Assembly (NCBI GenBank): GCA_030295235.1
Contig: AP026128.1
Span: forward strand, 1,178,001 to 1,242,000
Direction of reading: 5' to 3'
Length of the DNA: 64,000 bases
Origin: Fistulifera solaris
Taxonomy: Eukaryota
The notes under the pieces are model-generated. The model worked only from the letters and a program-made list of their open reading frames with translations. It was not told the DNA's origin and ran no database searches. The position numbers and the translations under genes are program-made. Of this stretch, positions 21,077 to 33,096 are shown piece by piece (the stretch's first letter is position 1; the number at the start of each line of letters is the position of its first letter).

Positions 21077-23633
21077 ATGAGCGAACCAAACGATGAGAAC
21101 AACAAGAACCAAAGCGCACCACTAACGACTGAAGCAGTTGCATCTACAACTACAGCAGGAACAGTAGAAGTAAGCAAAGAGATCGTCAAAACGGAGGTGG
21201 CTGTGAAAAGACGAAACCGAGAAAGAGCAATGCGAAGAAGAATGCTGCGGAGAAACGAAACAAAAGGCAACCAACCGAGGCTATCCTCCAGGAATGCCTC
21301 ATCATGGTATGAAGTATCATCATCCACCCCCTTACATGTCGATGGCGCCCTACGGCATGCACGGCCCGCCGCCGCCGTACGGCAAAGGACCTCCTGGAAA
21401 CGCTTACAAAGGAGCTCCGTATCCTCCGCCGCCTCATTACCCCCACGGCCACATGACGTCGTATCCTCCTCCTGGAGCTTACAAATATCCTCCCCCGCCA
21501 CACTACATGCACGGCGGTCCTCCGAACTATCATTACCCGTATCCTGGAGTCGGGGGAGTGCCCGGTGCACCCGTCAACAACGCTGCACCTACAACGAAAG
21601 CGAAGAGTGGCAAGAAAAAGAAGAATTCCGCTGCTGCAGCTCTTCCTCCGACTGCCCCCGCACATGCGCATCCTCATGTTCTTCCGCCCATGATGAAGGC
21701 TCCTCCGAGTATACCGGAATCACGTGTCATGGGAACTCTAACGCAAGTTGGAAGTACACCCAGCGGAGCATCGGATCCTCCGTCAGCCATGAAAACGCCC
21801 GTTCAAAAAATGGACCAAGGAGGAAGAAAGTGCCATCAAAAAGTTTGTTGAGGAAAAGGGAGAAGACGACTGGAATCAGCTAGCGGAACAGATGCCCAAT
21901 CGTACACCGAATGAAATCAAAGATCGATACTTTAAGATTACCAGAGGTGCTTCATCGGTGAAGGGAGCTTGGACGGAAGACGAAGACGCCAAAGTTATGG
22001 AGCTGGTGGGAAAGCACGGAGCCCGCAAGTGGTCCGTCATTGCTAGCCATCTCCCCGGCCGTGTCGGTAAACAATGTCGTGAGCGCTGGCACAACCATCT
22101 GAACCCCGAAATCAGCAAAGAAGCGTGGACACTGGAAGAAGATCGTACCATTCTTGAGTGTCATATTCGTGTCGGTAATCGCTGGGCTGAAATGGCTAAG
22201 CTGCTTCCTGGAAGGTAAGTAATCACTCATCGTTTTGAACGTCAAGCGTCCTGAAACAGCACTAACATGCTTTCAATTCGTACAACAGGACCGACAATGC
22301 TATCAAAAATCATTGGAACTCCTCCATGAGAAGAAAAATCGAAAAGTACTTGGCCAAGATTCGGGGCTGCGAAGCAGATGACATCGAGCCCTCGGAGGAC
22401 GGAAGGTACGAGTTCTACGGAGACTTTGACGGTGTGTTAGCCGCTGTCCGTGGAAGCGAGCCTCCGAGTACAGACGGAAAGAAAAAGATTAGCTCGAGTG
22501 AACGACGTGCGGCAATTGCAAAGAAGGGGAACAACAATGGTCTGCCTATGCCGTATTATCACTACACGCCCTACATGCCTCCTCCCGGAATGTATCCGCA
22601 TCATCCGATGATGGGGCACATCTTGCATAACCGAAGCCATCCGTTCACTCCCTGGGCAAATCCAGCAGACCGAGATACTCGACCGCCCACATCCCCTGCT
22701 GCCCGTGCAGGTTCGGGCGTTGGCACCCCTCTCCCGGCTATTGACGACCCAGTCGCTTATGGCGAAGGCAACTTGTCGACGGTAAAGAAAACTGTGTTCG
22801 ATTATAGTTTCGGCTCTCCTCAGCCACGCAGTTCCAGTCCTGTTCCCATGAGTATACAGGGGATGACACCACCTTTGTCGTGCTTGAAAGACATTTTTGC
22901 AACGCCGGGTCCGTTGGAGCTTCTCAGACGATCGCCTGATGTCGGAATGAGTTTGAACAAATCTCTTTTCACCGACGGTTCGTCTTCGTTGACCCCATTT
23001 GCGAAGACACCAGTGCCAAAAGACCAGTCCCCTATGAAGCCCATCCGCATCAGTATGACTGGTGAGAATGATAATAGCACGCTCATATTAAACATGCGAC
23101 TTGGAGGACAGGTTGGTATCTCTCCACTTCAAAAGCGTTCTAGTCAACCTTTCGTCTTCAGTGACGAGGGAACATTCGAGAAAGAAAGTACTTCGGAGTT
23201 CGTCGATTCGGATAAGCAAATGATGCCTCCGCCTGCTTCTTCTCGTCCAAAGGAGATTGTCTCCTCCCGCAAGCCTATCCAGAGCGAAGACATGTTCAGT
23301 ATGTCACTAGACTCTTCCGAACAGACCCCAAGACCTAATTCACAGACTTTGTCACCCAAACTGACTGGTTCGATCTCCAAAGGTAACCGCGTCAAGCATC
23401 TGGCTGCCACTCCTTCGACTGCTGCAACTGTCGAACAATCGTTTTGGAGCGACCAGATTGACATGAGTCCTGTTCCAACGCTCAGTCCTTTCCAAACTCC
23501 TTCCGTTGGCATTAAAACGGAACACGACGCCATTGTATCGCACGGTGAATCTACGAAAAAAGTACGACCGTGTGATTCTGTGGATGCGTCGCATCCGTCC
23601 AAACGAAGAAAAGAAGATCTTTCTAACCAATAA
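21077..23633 (+). CDS. three-repeat (R1R2R3) MYB transcription factor
   Basis: Pro/Tyr/His-rich N-terminus. R1 KWTKEEE...DWNQLAEQMPNR (after an A-run indel at ~21805), R2 KGAWTEDED...GRVGKQCRERWHNHL, and R3 WTLEED...GNRWAEMAKLLPGR|TDNAIKNHWN across an intron at 22215-22288. Another indel at ~21207. Confidence 0.92.
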
Positions 23634-23732
23634 ATTTTAATCGCACTATAACTTCACTTTAAAAAAGAAGTAGATGTATTTCGTAGTCCGATGCATATCG
23701 CTCGTTAACTTATCGACTCTAAAGGAAATTTA

Positions 23733-25220
23733 CTACATGGTAAGGAGCAATGCGATTACTGCTCCAGAATAATAGATGCACCACATCGATAAACCTCCGG
23801 AGGATGTTTGGGGCTCAGTTACCATCTCTCCGGCTGGAGGTTCTGCGACCGGCTGACTAGCGGGGTTTTCTGCAACAGGCTCGTCGACGGGAGCCTCCGC
23901 GACGGGGGCTGCGACTGGCGATCCTGCTACCGGACTATCAACGGGCAAATCAAAGTCCTCTTGAAGACACTCAAAGTTGTATGGTAGAATAGAATGCTTG
24001 CCTTCCGCCGTGCATTGACCCGGCTCTCCCTTATCGTGGGTAAAGACATTACGAAACCATCGACCACCTGGAAGAGGCGATGTCGTTCCCACAACAGAGC
24101 AAAAGTCCTGAACAACGTCGTAATAGCTCGCGTAACGTTCTTCGTACCAGGCGTTCGGTCCCGCACCAAGATAGTCAAAAACTTGTTCGTTCTGAACCGC
24201 TTTCATAACCGATAGTTCCGTTTCAAATTCTGCGTACGTCGCTTCCCAGTTTGGGGCGGGAAAAATCCAGTGATCCGCGTCCTTGCCAAATTCGACCAGT
24301 TCCGCAACGTTCATATACTTCGTACCGCAGGCTTCGACGGAATAGGAAAGGGATCCATCGTCGTCGGAGAGAATATCTGCGGAACAAGAGGTAGCAAATT
24401 CGCAGTAATAGTTGGGGCATTTGGCAACGCTCCATCCGAGACAATAATCACTGTAGTATGCCCAGAGAACTGTAGGAGGGTTGGGAAGATCTGCCTCAAT
24501 ACGACCAGCATTCTCGGCCACACACTGGTAACGATCCGCCGCTGCTTCGACAGCTTCGTTCGCCACAGACTCTAAATTGAAGAACGTGCTGTAGAACTTG
24601 ACCCACTCGAAAATGCCCGCGTTGGTGAGTTCGGCGTAAAAGCTGACCTTGACGTAAGTATCAACTCCAGGAATGTCCGTTTGAAATGGACTGACAAAGG
24701 CAACGGACACGTTGTTCAAAATTTCCATGACTTGCTCCGCCGATGTCGGTTGGTTCTGCAACAAGTCCGGACTCGTATCATCTTCCGTTCGATCCACCAA
24801 AACGACATTGCCTGCGGTGACCTCATCTCGAAAACAAGGCGATGAAATAAATTGCGGGTCTGTCAAAAAGACTTTGATAGCTTCGACTTGGTCCAACTGT
24901 TCGAGCATGGGGATGTGAACGACTTCATCAATCGCGACGTGAGGAGCGATCGGAATTTGAATCACTTCGTCGTACAGATCTGTTTCTTCTGGAGGTGTTG
25001 TGCCACATTGATAGAGCAGGTACGACGAGTTGGAATCCAGGTTACGAAGAACTTTGTACGTGTTGTGGTAGGACACGGACCAAAGTGCAGAATCCTCCGC
25101 CGATACCTTGTCGGGAAAGTAATCCACATCGGCTTCGACTGTCGTAAGACATTCCGTAGGATTCTGAGCTGTCACTAATGTAGCGACAGTGGCAACGAAT
25201 AGAGCAAGCAACAATTTCAT
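23733..25220 (-). CDS. CBA1: cobalamin acquisition protein 1-like (periplasmic-binding-fold, secreted/anchored)
   Basis: Signal peptide; DYFPDKV..WSVSYHNTYKVLRN..YLLYQCG, SSPC, EWVKFYSTFFN, VLWAY, CPNYYC, FGKDADHW, AVQNEQVFDY, WYEER and WFRN match remembered diatom CBA1 blocks. Pro/Ala linker and hydrophobic, GPI-like tail. Confidence 0.85.
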   Translation of the reverse strand: MKLLLALFVATVATLVTAQNPTECLTTVEADVDYFPDKVSAEDSALWSVSYHNTYKVLRNLDSNSSYLLYQCGTTPPEETDLYDEVIQIPIAPHVAIDEVVHIPMLEQLDQVEAIKVFLTDPQFISSPCFRDEVTAGNVVLVDRTEDDTSPDLLQNQPTSAEQVMEILNNVSVAFVSPFQTDIPGVDTYVKVSFYAELTNAGIFEWVKFYSTFFNLESVANEAVEAAADRYQCVAENAGRIEADLPNPPTVLWAYYSDYCLGWSVAKCPNYYCEFATSCSADILSDDDGSLSYSVEACGTKYMNVAELVEFGKDADHWIFPAPNWEATYAEFETELSVMKAVQNEQVFDYLGAGPNAWYEERYASYYDVVQDFCSVVGTTSPLPGGRWFRNVFTHDKGEPGQCTAEGKHSILPYNFECLQEDFDLPVDSPVAGSPVAAPVAEAPVDEPVAENPASQPVAEPPAGEMVTEPQTSSGGLSMWCIYYSGAVIALLLTM

Positions 25221-25340
25221 GGTGACCGTTCGCACGAAAGATACAGATGAATCTCAAATTGTGGGCCCTTCATTCTTTGTGATCGGATCGGCAGAAAAGT
25301 GAAGATACTTTTTGTTTGGTTCTGCGAAAGTCGTCTTCTT

Positions 25341-25354
25341 CGAGAACGTGCTCC
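25341..25354 (-). promoter_or_regulatory. candidate B12-responsive palindromic ACGT-core element
   Basis: GGAGCACGTTCTCG on the CBA1 strand, ~120 bp upstream of the ATG; imperfect palindrome GAG(C)ACGT(T)CTC. Confidence 0.4.
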
Positions 25355-26343
25355 GCTCATCTTCGTCAGGACGTCGTCGGTCAATTTTGATGGTTTGTAA
25401 TAACACACCATTGCGAAGTAGATATGAATGACTTATTGACGTCTTAACGGAGACTCTATACTACAACAATAAAATACTTTGGCTTGAAACTTCCAGCTAG
25501 GCTAGGAAACCGATTGGGGGTAATTTAAACCTCTTCCGTATAATATTAGCTCGTGACTGAAATGCAGTCGCGTCAAAATGTGTCTACACATCAGGATTAT
25601 AGTAGCGACGGAGCGGTATCCAACTTGTTTCGTGAATAGTCCAAAAGGCACACCGCCGCAAAACGCACAAGCGCTAAGGGCTGGTTACTTTTTTGGAAGT
25701 CCCCTCGTTCAAATAGTACAAATTTGTACGTAAGTACATAAGGCACCTATAGTCGAAATTATCGTTGATTGATTAACCTCCACCGCGATAAAAACACGAC
25801 GACCATGGCAAAAGGAATTCATGAGGCTGTAACTTCGTTCAGGGACCTGCAAAATTGTGGGAATTGGGCCATCTAATAGCTATTAGCTATAGAAGGCTTA
25901 TTGTGCGATATCCACAATTTTGACGCTTCTGTTGCTGAGATACTCGCTTTCGAGTTGATTTTCTATGGTGAAAAAGCACGGGCAGAATCAAATCACGCCT
26001 TTTCTCCGCAATTCGATCGCCTCTGATGAAAATTAAACATCCCTTGGAACCGCCTCTCCTTAATTATACAATAAAAGTAAAAAGAATATCAATCGAGCTT
26101 TATTTAATTGATCGGTGCCCCACCATGTTTAGCCTGGATTTGTGCGGCATTTTTCCATGGTGAGATTTTCGTTCCGACGGTTAGTGTAGCATAAAGTGTA
26201 CTTTCACGGTGCTATCGCGACAGGGCGTCCCTGCGCGTAACCAGCCCTTATGCGATGAATGATGGATAACATAGTTCGATGGTATCAAGTATTGCAAAGC
26301 AACAAGTAAGCGATTATCTCTATTCGCAAACCGAAACAATAGA

Positions 26344-28043
26344 ATGCGAGAAAAGGCACGCAAACTACCTGCCGAACCCCAAAGCATTGCAATAATTGGT
26401 TCCGGTTTGGCCGCTTTGTCGACGGCGATCTTTTGTGAGCAAGCCGGATACGCCGTGGATTTGTTTGAGCGTGATAATTATCTCGGGAGCCGTTCTGAAG
26501 GCTATGGACTAACGTTAAAGTACGATCCGCGGGGTATTTCAGCTCAATTGGGAGTTTTAGAAGACGTTTGTGACGCCGATTGCCCTTCGCGATCGCATTA
26601 TTTGTTGCGTCACGACGGAGTTGTTTTGGGTTATTTTGGGAATGCGTTTTCCAGTGATAATCGCGGTTGGGGACAGAGAGGAAACCTGAGAGTCCCGAGA
26701 CAGAAGTTACGAACGATGTTAATTGACAAACTACAAGATTCTAAAATTCATTGGGGACATGAGCTTGTTGCGATGAAGAAACAAAGTGACGGCATGGAAT
26801 TGACGTTTGCTAACGGGAAAATTTTCAAGGCTGACTGGGTGATTGGCGCAGATGGCATCAACTCAAAAGTTGTTCGGTGTATATTACCAGATACGTCGCC
26901 AACGCGACCTTTGGGAGTTCATTTGACTTTGGGATTGACAGAACCTTCTAGCGATGTGATCGATCCCTCATTGCTTCACGAGAGGGGATTCTACACTCTG
27001 AAACCAGGACATCGCCTTTTGTCATGCCCTATAGCAGTCTGGATGCAATCGACCAGACAAGGCCTGTTCGATATATGTGGCAACTAACGGTGAACAGCAA
27101 TCAAAGAGAACGTAAGGCTCAACAGGAGGCATTGGACGAAGCCTATGCCATTTGCAAGGACTGGCATCGACCCGTGCCGCAACTCATACAATCCACTCCG
27201 CCTGATTCGGTGTGGTCTTCTCCCCTGTTTGATCGGGATCCCAACGATCTCTATGAGAGTTTTCTTAAACTACACGTCCGCAATCAAGAACATCCAACGC
27301 CCGTACTCCTCGTCGGTGATGCGCTACACGCCATGTCTTGCTTCAAAGGACAAGGTGCCCACCAGGCTCTCCTTGACGGAAGATGCGTAGCGAAATGGTT
27401 GTTTGCGCAAGCGTCAACAAAAGGCAAATTACAATCATGCTGGCGTGAACTTGTCCAACGGTCTGCGCCCATTGTGCAGGACAGTCGAAGAGCAGCCGTG
27501 GAATGGCACGAGGAGTCGATTGTTGATAACGGTGGCCATTCGTTGGCTGGCTGCTCCAATAGCAGCATGCTACTAGCCGAATTAGAGGGTCAAAATATAC
27601 GTGCTGGAAACGTGGACGATTTGGATAAGGCGGTCGGTCAAGTGAAGCTGCAGGTGGATAAGCTTTCCGATAAACGTCTGGATTCTGATGCGGATCAAGC
27701 ATTATCTCCTCCGGTTCCAACGGAATGGTGCAACGATGTTTGGATTGCCATTAGAAAATCCGACTTACTTACTTTACGGGAACTATCGTGGAAAGCGAAA
27801 GATTGCCGATGGATGCAATGCTTGATTGATGACGATGGATGTACGTGTCTCCACGTTGCTGCAGCGCATGATACAAAGGGGGCTGTCGTACAATGGCTTG
27901 TTCGTGAAGCTGGATGCTCGTTGCGATTACGGAACGATAAGGGAGAGTTGCCCATAGATTGGGCTGTAGAAGAGACCACTAGATTGGTCATAAAACGGTT
28001 GAACGCAGAGGCCTTGGGTCAAACGGTTTGCACAAAACAATGA
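26344..28043 (+). CDS. FAD-dependent monooxygenase with C-terminal ankyrin repeats (frameshifted)
   Basis: IAIIGSGLAAL, RSEGYGLTL, IGADGINS and LVGDALHAMSCFKGQGAHQALLDG; ankyrin GCTCLHVAA...LVREAG...NDKGELPIDWA. One T is missing at ~27018. The 5' end is uncertain. Confidence 0.85.
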
Positions 28044-28284
28044 CACTGCTTCAGCTCTATTTGCAAAGGGCTACAAGATTGTAAAAATAAAAAGTACAAT
28101 TTTATTGTAGAAAATATTTTAGGCAGGTGGAATTATGGATTAGTGAGCCAAATGGAAATAATCACATACTCGAGCGAATGATGCGAATGCGGTGGTCAAA
28201 AGGCGGGGCAGATTGCACGCAAGCAAACACAAATCCGACAGAAATAGAAATGTAGACGTCGTGCGTAGCGATGCAGGCGGTCTT

Positions 28285-30546
28285 TCAAATGTTATTGCCT
28301 GTAACCAGAGATATACTAGGCTTCGATGGCTCATTTTTCCGCCTTGAGGACTTGATCAGGTGTTTCGATTCGAGAGGCTTTTTCTCCCCATTAACCTTCC
28401 AGTTTAAATACAGGATGAGGAAGAACGACATGATTGAGAGAATCGCAAACATGAAGCCCGGAAGCGCTATGTTGGGTATCGCACGGAAAGGTGATAAGGG
28501 GGCATTCAACTCGTAAGCGCTTGGGAAAGTGTCTTTCATATCCTGAGACATGCAGTGCGGACCAGTAAATCCCTCCTCGCAAACGCAGACAGATCCCATG
28601 AATGACTCTAAGCCAAAAAGACCACCGTGAGCGACCTCCGAAGAGCATTTTCCTCCCCCACGAACTTCCTTTACTGATTCCAATCGACGCCCTGCCCTTG
28701 TAGATACATCAGATATCGAAGACTTCTCAAATGCTGCAGTAAAGTTCTTCCTCAAAACATTGCCGCCACAGTCTGCATCTGATGTACAAGTACCACCTCC
28801 TCGTGGGACTTTTCGAAGAGGGCGGGTGTCCTCAAAAGAAAACGGGGGATTTCGCATGTAATGGTAATAGTGACCTTCAATCCATTCTTTCGTAGGGTAT
28901 TCTGGTGGGTCACAGCCGAGTGTATGAGGTTGCCCTACGTGAGCAGAATCATCGCTGCTCTGGTAAAGTCGTATGTGGTCTATGTACATAGCAGTCTTCC
29001 CCGACTCGAGCATTTGACAGTATCCAGGATAGAACGAACAAGCACACTGCGGATTAGCGCAATCAAAACAATCTTTTGGACACCAATCAGGGCGATCATA
29101 TGGAAAGCCCCATGTGGAAGAAACAGCAACATTCATGATAAAATAGGAAGGCTCGATGGGAATTTGCGAACCAGTGAGTTCTTCCAGCGACTTGTCCTCA
29201 ATGCCGAAAGCGTGTACCCACTCTTCGCCTTTGCCGTCCCCTTCCACGTACATTGTCCCGTTTTCATTTTCAATTTTATATGATTTGACAAACCAATCGA
29301 GACGACCACCTCTACCGGGTTGCCATTCAAGTCGAAATGTGTGGGGTTTCTCAAAATGGGCCGGCGTTAGCTCGTGCACTACACCGACTGCATCAGCCTG
29401 AAAGGCTTGTTTTTTGGTGCGACTAACAGGTTCATTCGGTTTCGTTTCTGCCATGTAAGTTCCGTAAAAGAATGGGTTGATCGAGGTATTACCCGCATAC
29501 ATAAGTCCGTCATACCACGTGTCGGCGAGAAATTCCGTGTGTCCATTCTTAGAAAGCACATTCTTGCGCTTCGGCAGAGCTCCCGATTGAGGACGATTCT
29601 TTGTAACTCCAGGTGCAACCTATCATGTAGGTATTAGTAATCATAGAGTTCATGGCAGAGAAATAGCTGTCGAAATAAGACTTACCTGAAGTGTCATATC
29701 GCAGTATGGGTAAGAAACACCTGGTTTTGTGCCAGGGATAGGACCATCGGATGAGCCGGTCATCACTTCCACAATATCAATTTCAGTTGCACCTCTTCCT
29801 TGATTCGGATGCATACCGTAATGATTCTGCGCATTACAAGCCGAAATAGTCTGAGCTTGCTGCAGTTCTCGGTCGCATTTGTTGTAACTCCACGGCCACA
29901 GATTGTTCGTGCTTGGCTCATAGGTTGCTCGTCCTAAATTTCCCAACATCCAAATAGCAGGCCACAAGCCCCCGATGTAAGCTTCTCCTGGAAAAATGAC
30001 ATCGACTTCAACGATTCCCCCTGTGAAGCAAAACTTTTCCCAGCTTTGCACCATGCCCGAGGTAAAATTCTTGATTTCATGTTTCCATTCCTTTTGATGT
30101 GATCGTAGCGATTCCATTCGGTTCGTTCGAGGTAGGTACCGATTCGAAGAAAACCATTTTTCGTCGTGACCGCTGACGAGTTGTAAAACTGCATGGATCC
30201 ACCTCCCGCAGAACTAGCATCATCATCGGATTTGTCGAGTGCAGTCCATAACGGATCATGGCCATCTTTGAAGGTGCGGTTCTCTACATTGAATTCGTCC
30301 GACATGACCTGCGGTAAAGCAAATATTAAGTTAGATAGGTAAGCGACCGTTTTGTGCCTTACAACTAGAGAAGAAGAAAGAGAAACGTACCAAGTGATAC
30401 GTCGTTCCGTCGATGAGAGAAGTCGTTGTTCGCTTATCGAGAGGCGTTTCTATATCAATAAAACTACCCGATGATATGCGAATTATCGCTAGGATGAGCA
30501 TTAATGAACCCATTGTAGCATGGCTGATCGAGGGAAACATTGTCAT
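28285..30546 (-). CDS. Kre6/SKN1-like GH16 beta-1,6-transglycosylase (chrysolaminarin TGS-type) with EGF-like and TM tail
   Basis: MSDEF, SGMVQSWEKFCFTGG, GLWPAIWMLGNLGRATY, GRGATEIDIVE and IPIEPSYFIMN. Introns at ~30388-30310 and ~29685-29620; A-run indel at ~30093. C-terminal CVCEEGFTGPHC plus TM. Confidence 0.92.
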
Positions 30547-30924
30547 GTTTTTCTGATAACACAACCGAAGTTATATGGCGGCGAAACGTGTTTGTTGCGT
30601 GCAGCTGAAAAGGATTTGCGATTACGATTTCCTCTTTGCGTGACGAGAACACCAAATCTATTGCATACAATGAAGAACAATGCAATGAGCTCTTCAATTC
30701 AACGACGGATGTAGCCCCGAAAAGTGTTTTATCTTTCTCTTCTTGGATTGCAAAACGACGACGCACATTTTTCCCTGTTGCTATTGAAGTCAAACGTCAA
30801 ACGACAAAGTAAGTGTTGTTTTGTTCTACGTCACACAGAGAACGACACCAAGCGGCACCAACGCACAATGAACGGACGACATTAACCTTGCTTGCTAGCT
30901 AGCTTGCTTGATTGAAGTCCGTAT

Positions 30925-31460
30925 CCAGAACAGAATTTCTGGAGTTATACACAGATTTTCTGTATGATGAAATTCACAGTATTTTTCCAGAATTTCTGGA
31001 TTCACCAAAAATTCATTTATGAACAATAAATACACCATTTCCAAGAACTTCCGAATAATCCCAGCATTTTTGTATTACCAAATACATCGTCAGACCCGTG
31101 GATAGACACAAAATTCCTGTATGTTTTATTGAACATGGTCCAGAATTTCTGGACCTATTTACAGATTTTCTGTAGGTTGAAACATCATGACTTCCAGAAT
31201 TTCTGGATCTACCAAAACTTTGTGTTTGACTCTAGTATAAACGCACCATCTCGATCCGCCAAATTCTTTTTTTAAAAACGTTATGACCTAACACACTACT
31301 TCCAAATGTTTGGATATTACAGCATTTGTGCGATGAAATCCACCTTATCCAGAAAATCTGTAATTTACCAGAATAATACACCTGCTCCAGAATTTCTAGA
31401 ACGTAGTCCAGACAGGAATTTTTTAGGACAAGATACACCGTTTCCGTCTCCAGAGTTTGT
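30925..31460. repeat. degenerate ~205-210-bp tandem repeat built on TCCAGAATTTCTGGA palindromes
   Basis: Repeated CCAGAATTTCTGGA/ACAGATTTTCTGTA blocks at ~30931/31140, ~30986/31193 and ~31387. Confidence 0.75.
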
Positions 31461-31627
31461 ATGGATTGTTTTGATACTGCTACATAGACTCAGTTTGATT
31501 AATTCTCAGCTTTTGTGTAAATGCCGTTGTACTGGTAACGGTAGGAAGTTGCAACAGTTCTTATTCACGTCAGCTACATTTAAAGATTAAATTAGCATTT
31601 TTATTGCTTTCATAATTTATGAACAGA

Positions 31628-32752
31628 TCATTTTGACCAAATAATGGGTACTAGAGGATGATCCCAATCTGGCGTACCCCGAGGAACTTGAGATATCCAG
31701 TCCTGATAACTCCAGACATCTTCCGAATCACCTTCGTCAGTTCGTACTCGAACCGGAGCTCTGGCGTCTACGTAGGTAATGGCTAGTGCCAAGCGATCGT
31801 GTTTGCCGGTGTTGGCATTGGCACAATGCAGCGTCCAACCCGAGTGTGCCGTCATGTCGCCCAAATCAAGTGGCATATAATCGACAAGAGAATCCATTCC
31901 ACTATAATCGCGTTCGTATCTTTCTTCTAATCGATTCCACGGTGAATCGGGATTTTCTGCACTCTCTTTGTAGGAATTCCAATAAGGGAGCGCAAAGTCG
32001 GAGTGTGACTTGCTGCAAAAGACCAGGGCGGTCCCATCCGCCGGAACGGCCTGCAAGGGTATCCAAAACGTAATCAAATGACTCGTATCAAACGGTGCCA
32101 TGCGTGCATCGACATGCCACGGTGTCGGTCCGTCCCCGGGTCGCTTCCAAAACAATGCATCTTGGTAAAGTCGAACCGAAGGCACGTCAAGCAACACAGC
32201 GGCGGATTCGGCAAGGTGAACGGCAATCTTTCGCACGTCGGGTAAATCGCGGTTGGTGTGAAAGTATTGCAGAAAAGGCAAGGAATACGGTATACCCAGA
32301 CGCCTTAGTTCCTTTTGACAAGCCTCAATTGATGTACAGGATGCGGCAAGTGAGGGTGAATCCGCTGCTACTTCTACTTTTTGTTGCCAGGCAAGCAATT
32401 CTCGCTTTTTGCAGTATTTGACAATCTCCGTCCGGAGTTTCTTTAACACATTCGCGTCGAGTGAATTTCGTATAGCTGCGTGTCCGTTGCGAGCATAGCT
32501 TAATTGCTCTGAAATACTGGGAAGATTGGGACGTGAATTTCGAATAGATGGTGATTTTGCCCTTTGTTTGTTGCTGTTTCTGTGGAGTGGTTTTGGCGTC
32601 GCATTCGCATACCTTGACTTTGTTGAGTGTAACGACAATGCTCTCCTTTGTAGCCGTATATTATCAGCGCATATTTCCGGTTTCAGATTGAAGGAAGAAG
32701 CTTGGAAGAGATGCACTAGCAGTATCAGTATCAAGGTAATAATCATTTTCAT
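31628..32752 (-). CDS. phytanoyl-CoA dioxygenase (PhyH) family Fe(II)/2OG dioxygenase, plastid presequence
   Basis: RLYQDALFWKRPGDGPTPWHVD, ITFWIPL, GDMTAHSGWTLH and RLALAITY. Signal peptide ends in ASS-F. Confidence 0.9.
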   Translation of the reverse strand: MKMIITLILILLVHLFQASSFNLKPEICADNIRLQRRALSLHSTKSRYANATPKPLHRNSNKQRAKSPSIRNSRPNLPSISEQLSYARNGHAAIRNSLDANVLKKLRTEIVKYCKKRELLAWQQKVEVAADSPSLAASCTSIEACQKELRRLGIPYSLPFLQYFHTNRDLPDVRKIAVHLAESAAVLLDVPSVRLYQDALFWKRPGDGPTPWHVDARMAPFDTSHLITFWIPLQAVPADGTALVFCSKSHSDFALPYWNSYKESAENPDSPWNRLEERYERDYSGMDSLVDYMPLDLGDMTAHSGWTLHCANANTGKHDRLALAITYVDARAPVRVRTDEGDSEDVWSYQDWISQVPRGTPDWDHPLVPIIWSK

Positions 32753-33096
32753 GATTGGTTACAATGTTACAATGAGTTGTGTCGTTTTTACTGCGTTGTT
32801 GTGTCGCGTGTCGCGTGGCGGTCCGGTCGCTCGTATTGATGCCGTGGTAGGGTGCGGCCGGCCAGACGGACACTTACCTCGACTATACTATGGTACCATA
32901 GTGTAGATTACTTTTTTCTGTGACTGGACACCAGTCACGATACAAAAGTATCTTTTTCACATCATTTTTCAGTTTCTGACACCTTTGCCTTTTCCCATAA
33001 AAGCCGAAATCGATCGAAAGGATCTTCATTGTCATCAATAAGCATTGAAAACGCTGCACATACTATTCAGATCGCCTACCAGTAATACACAAGAAC

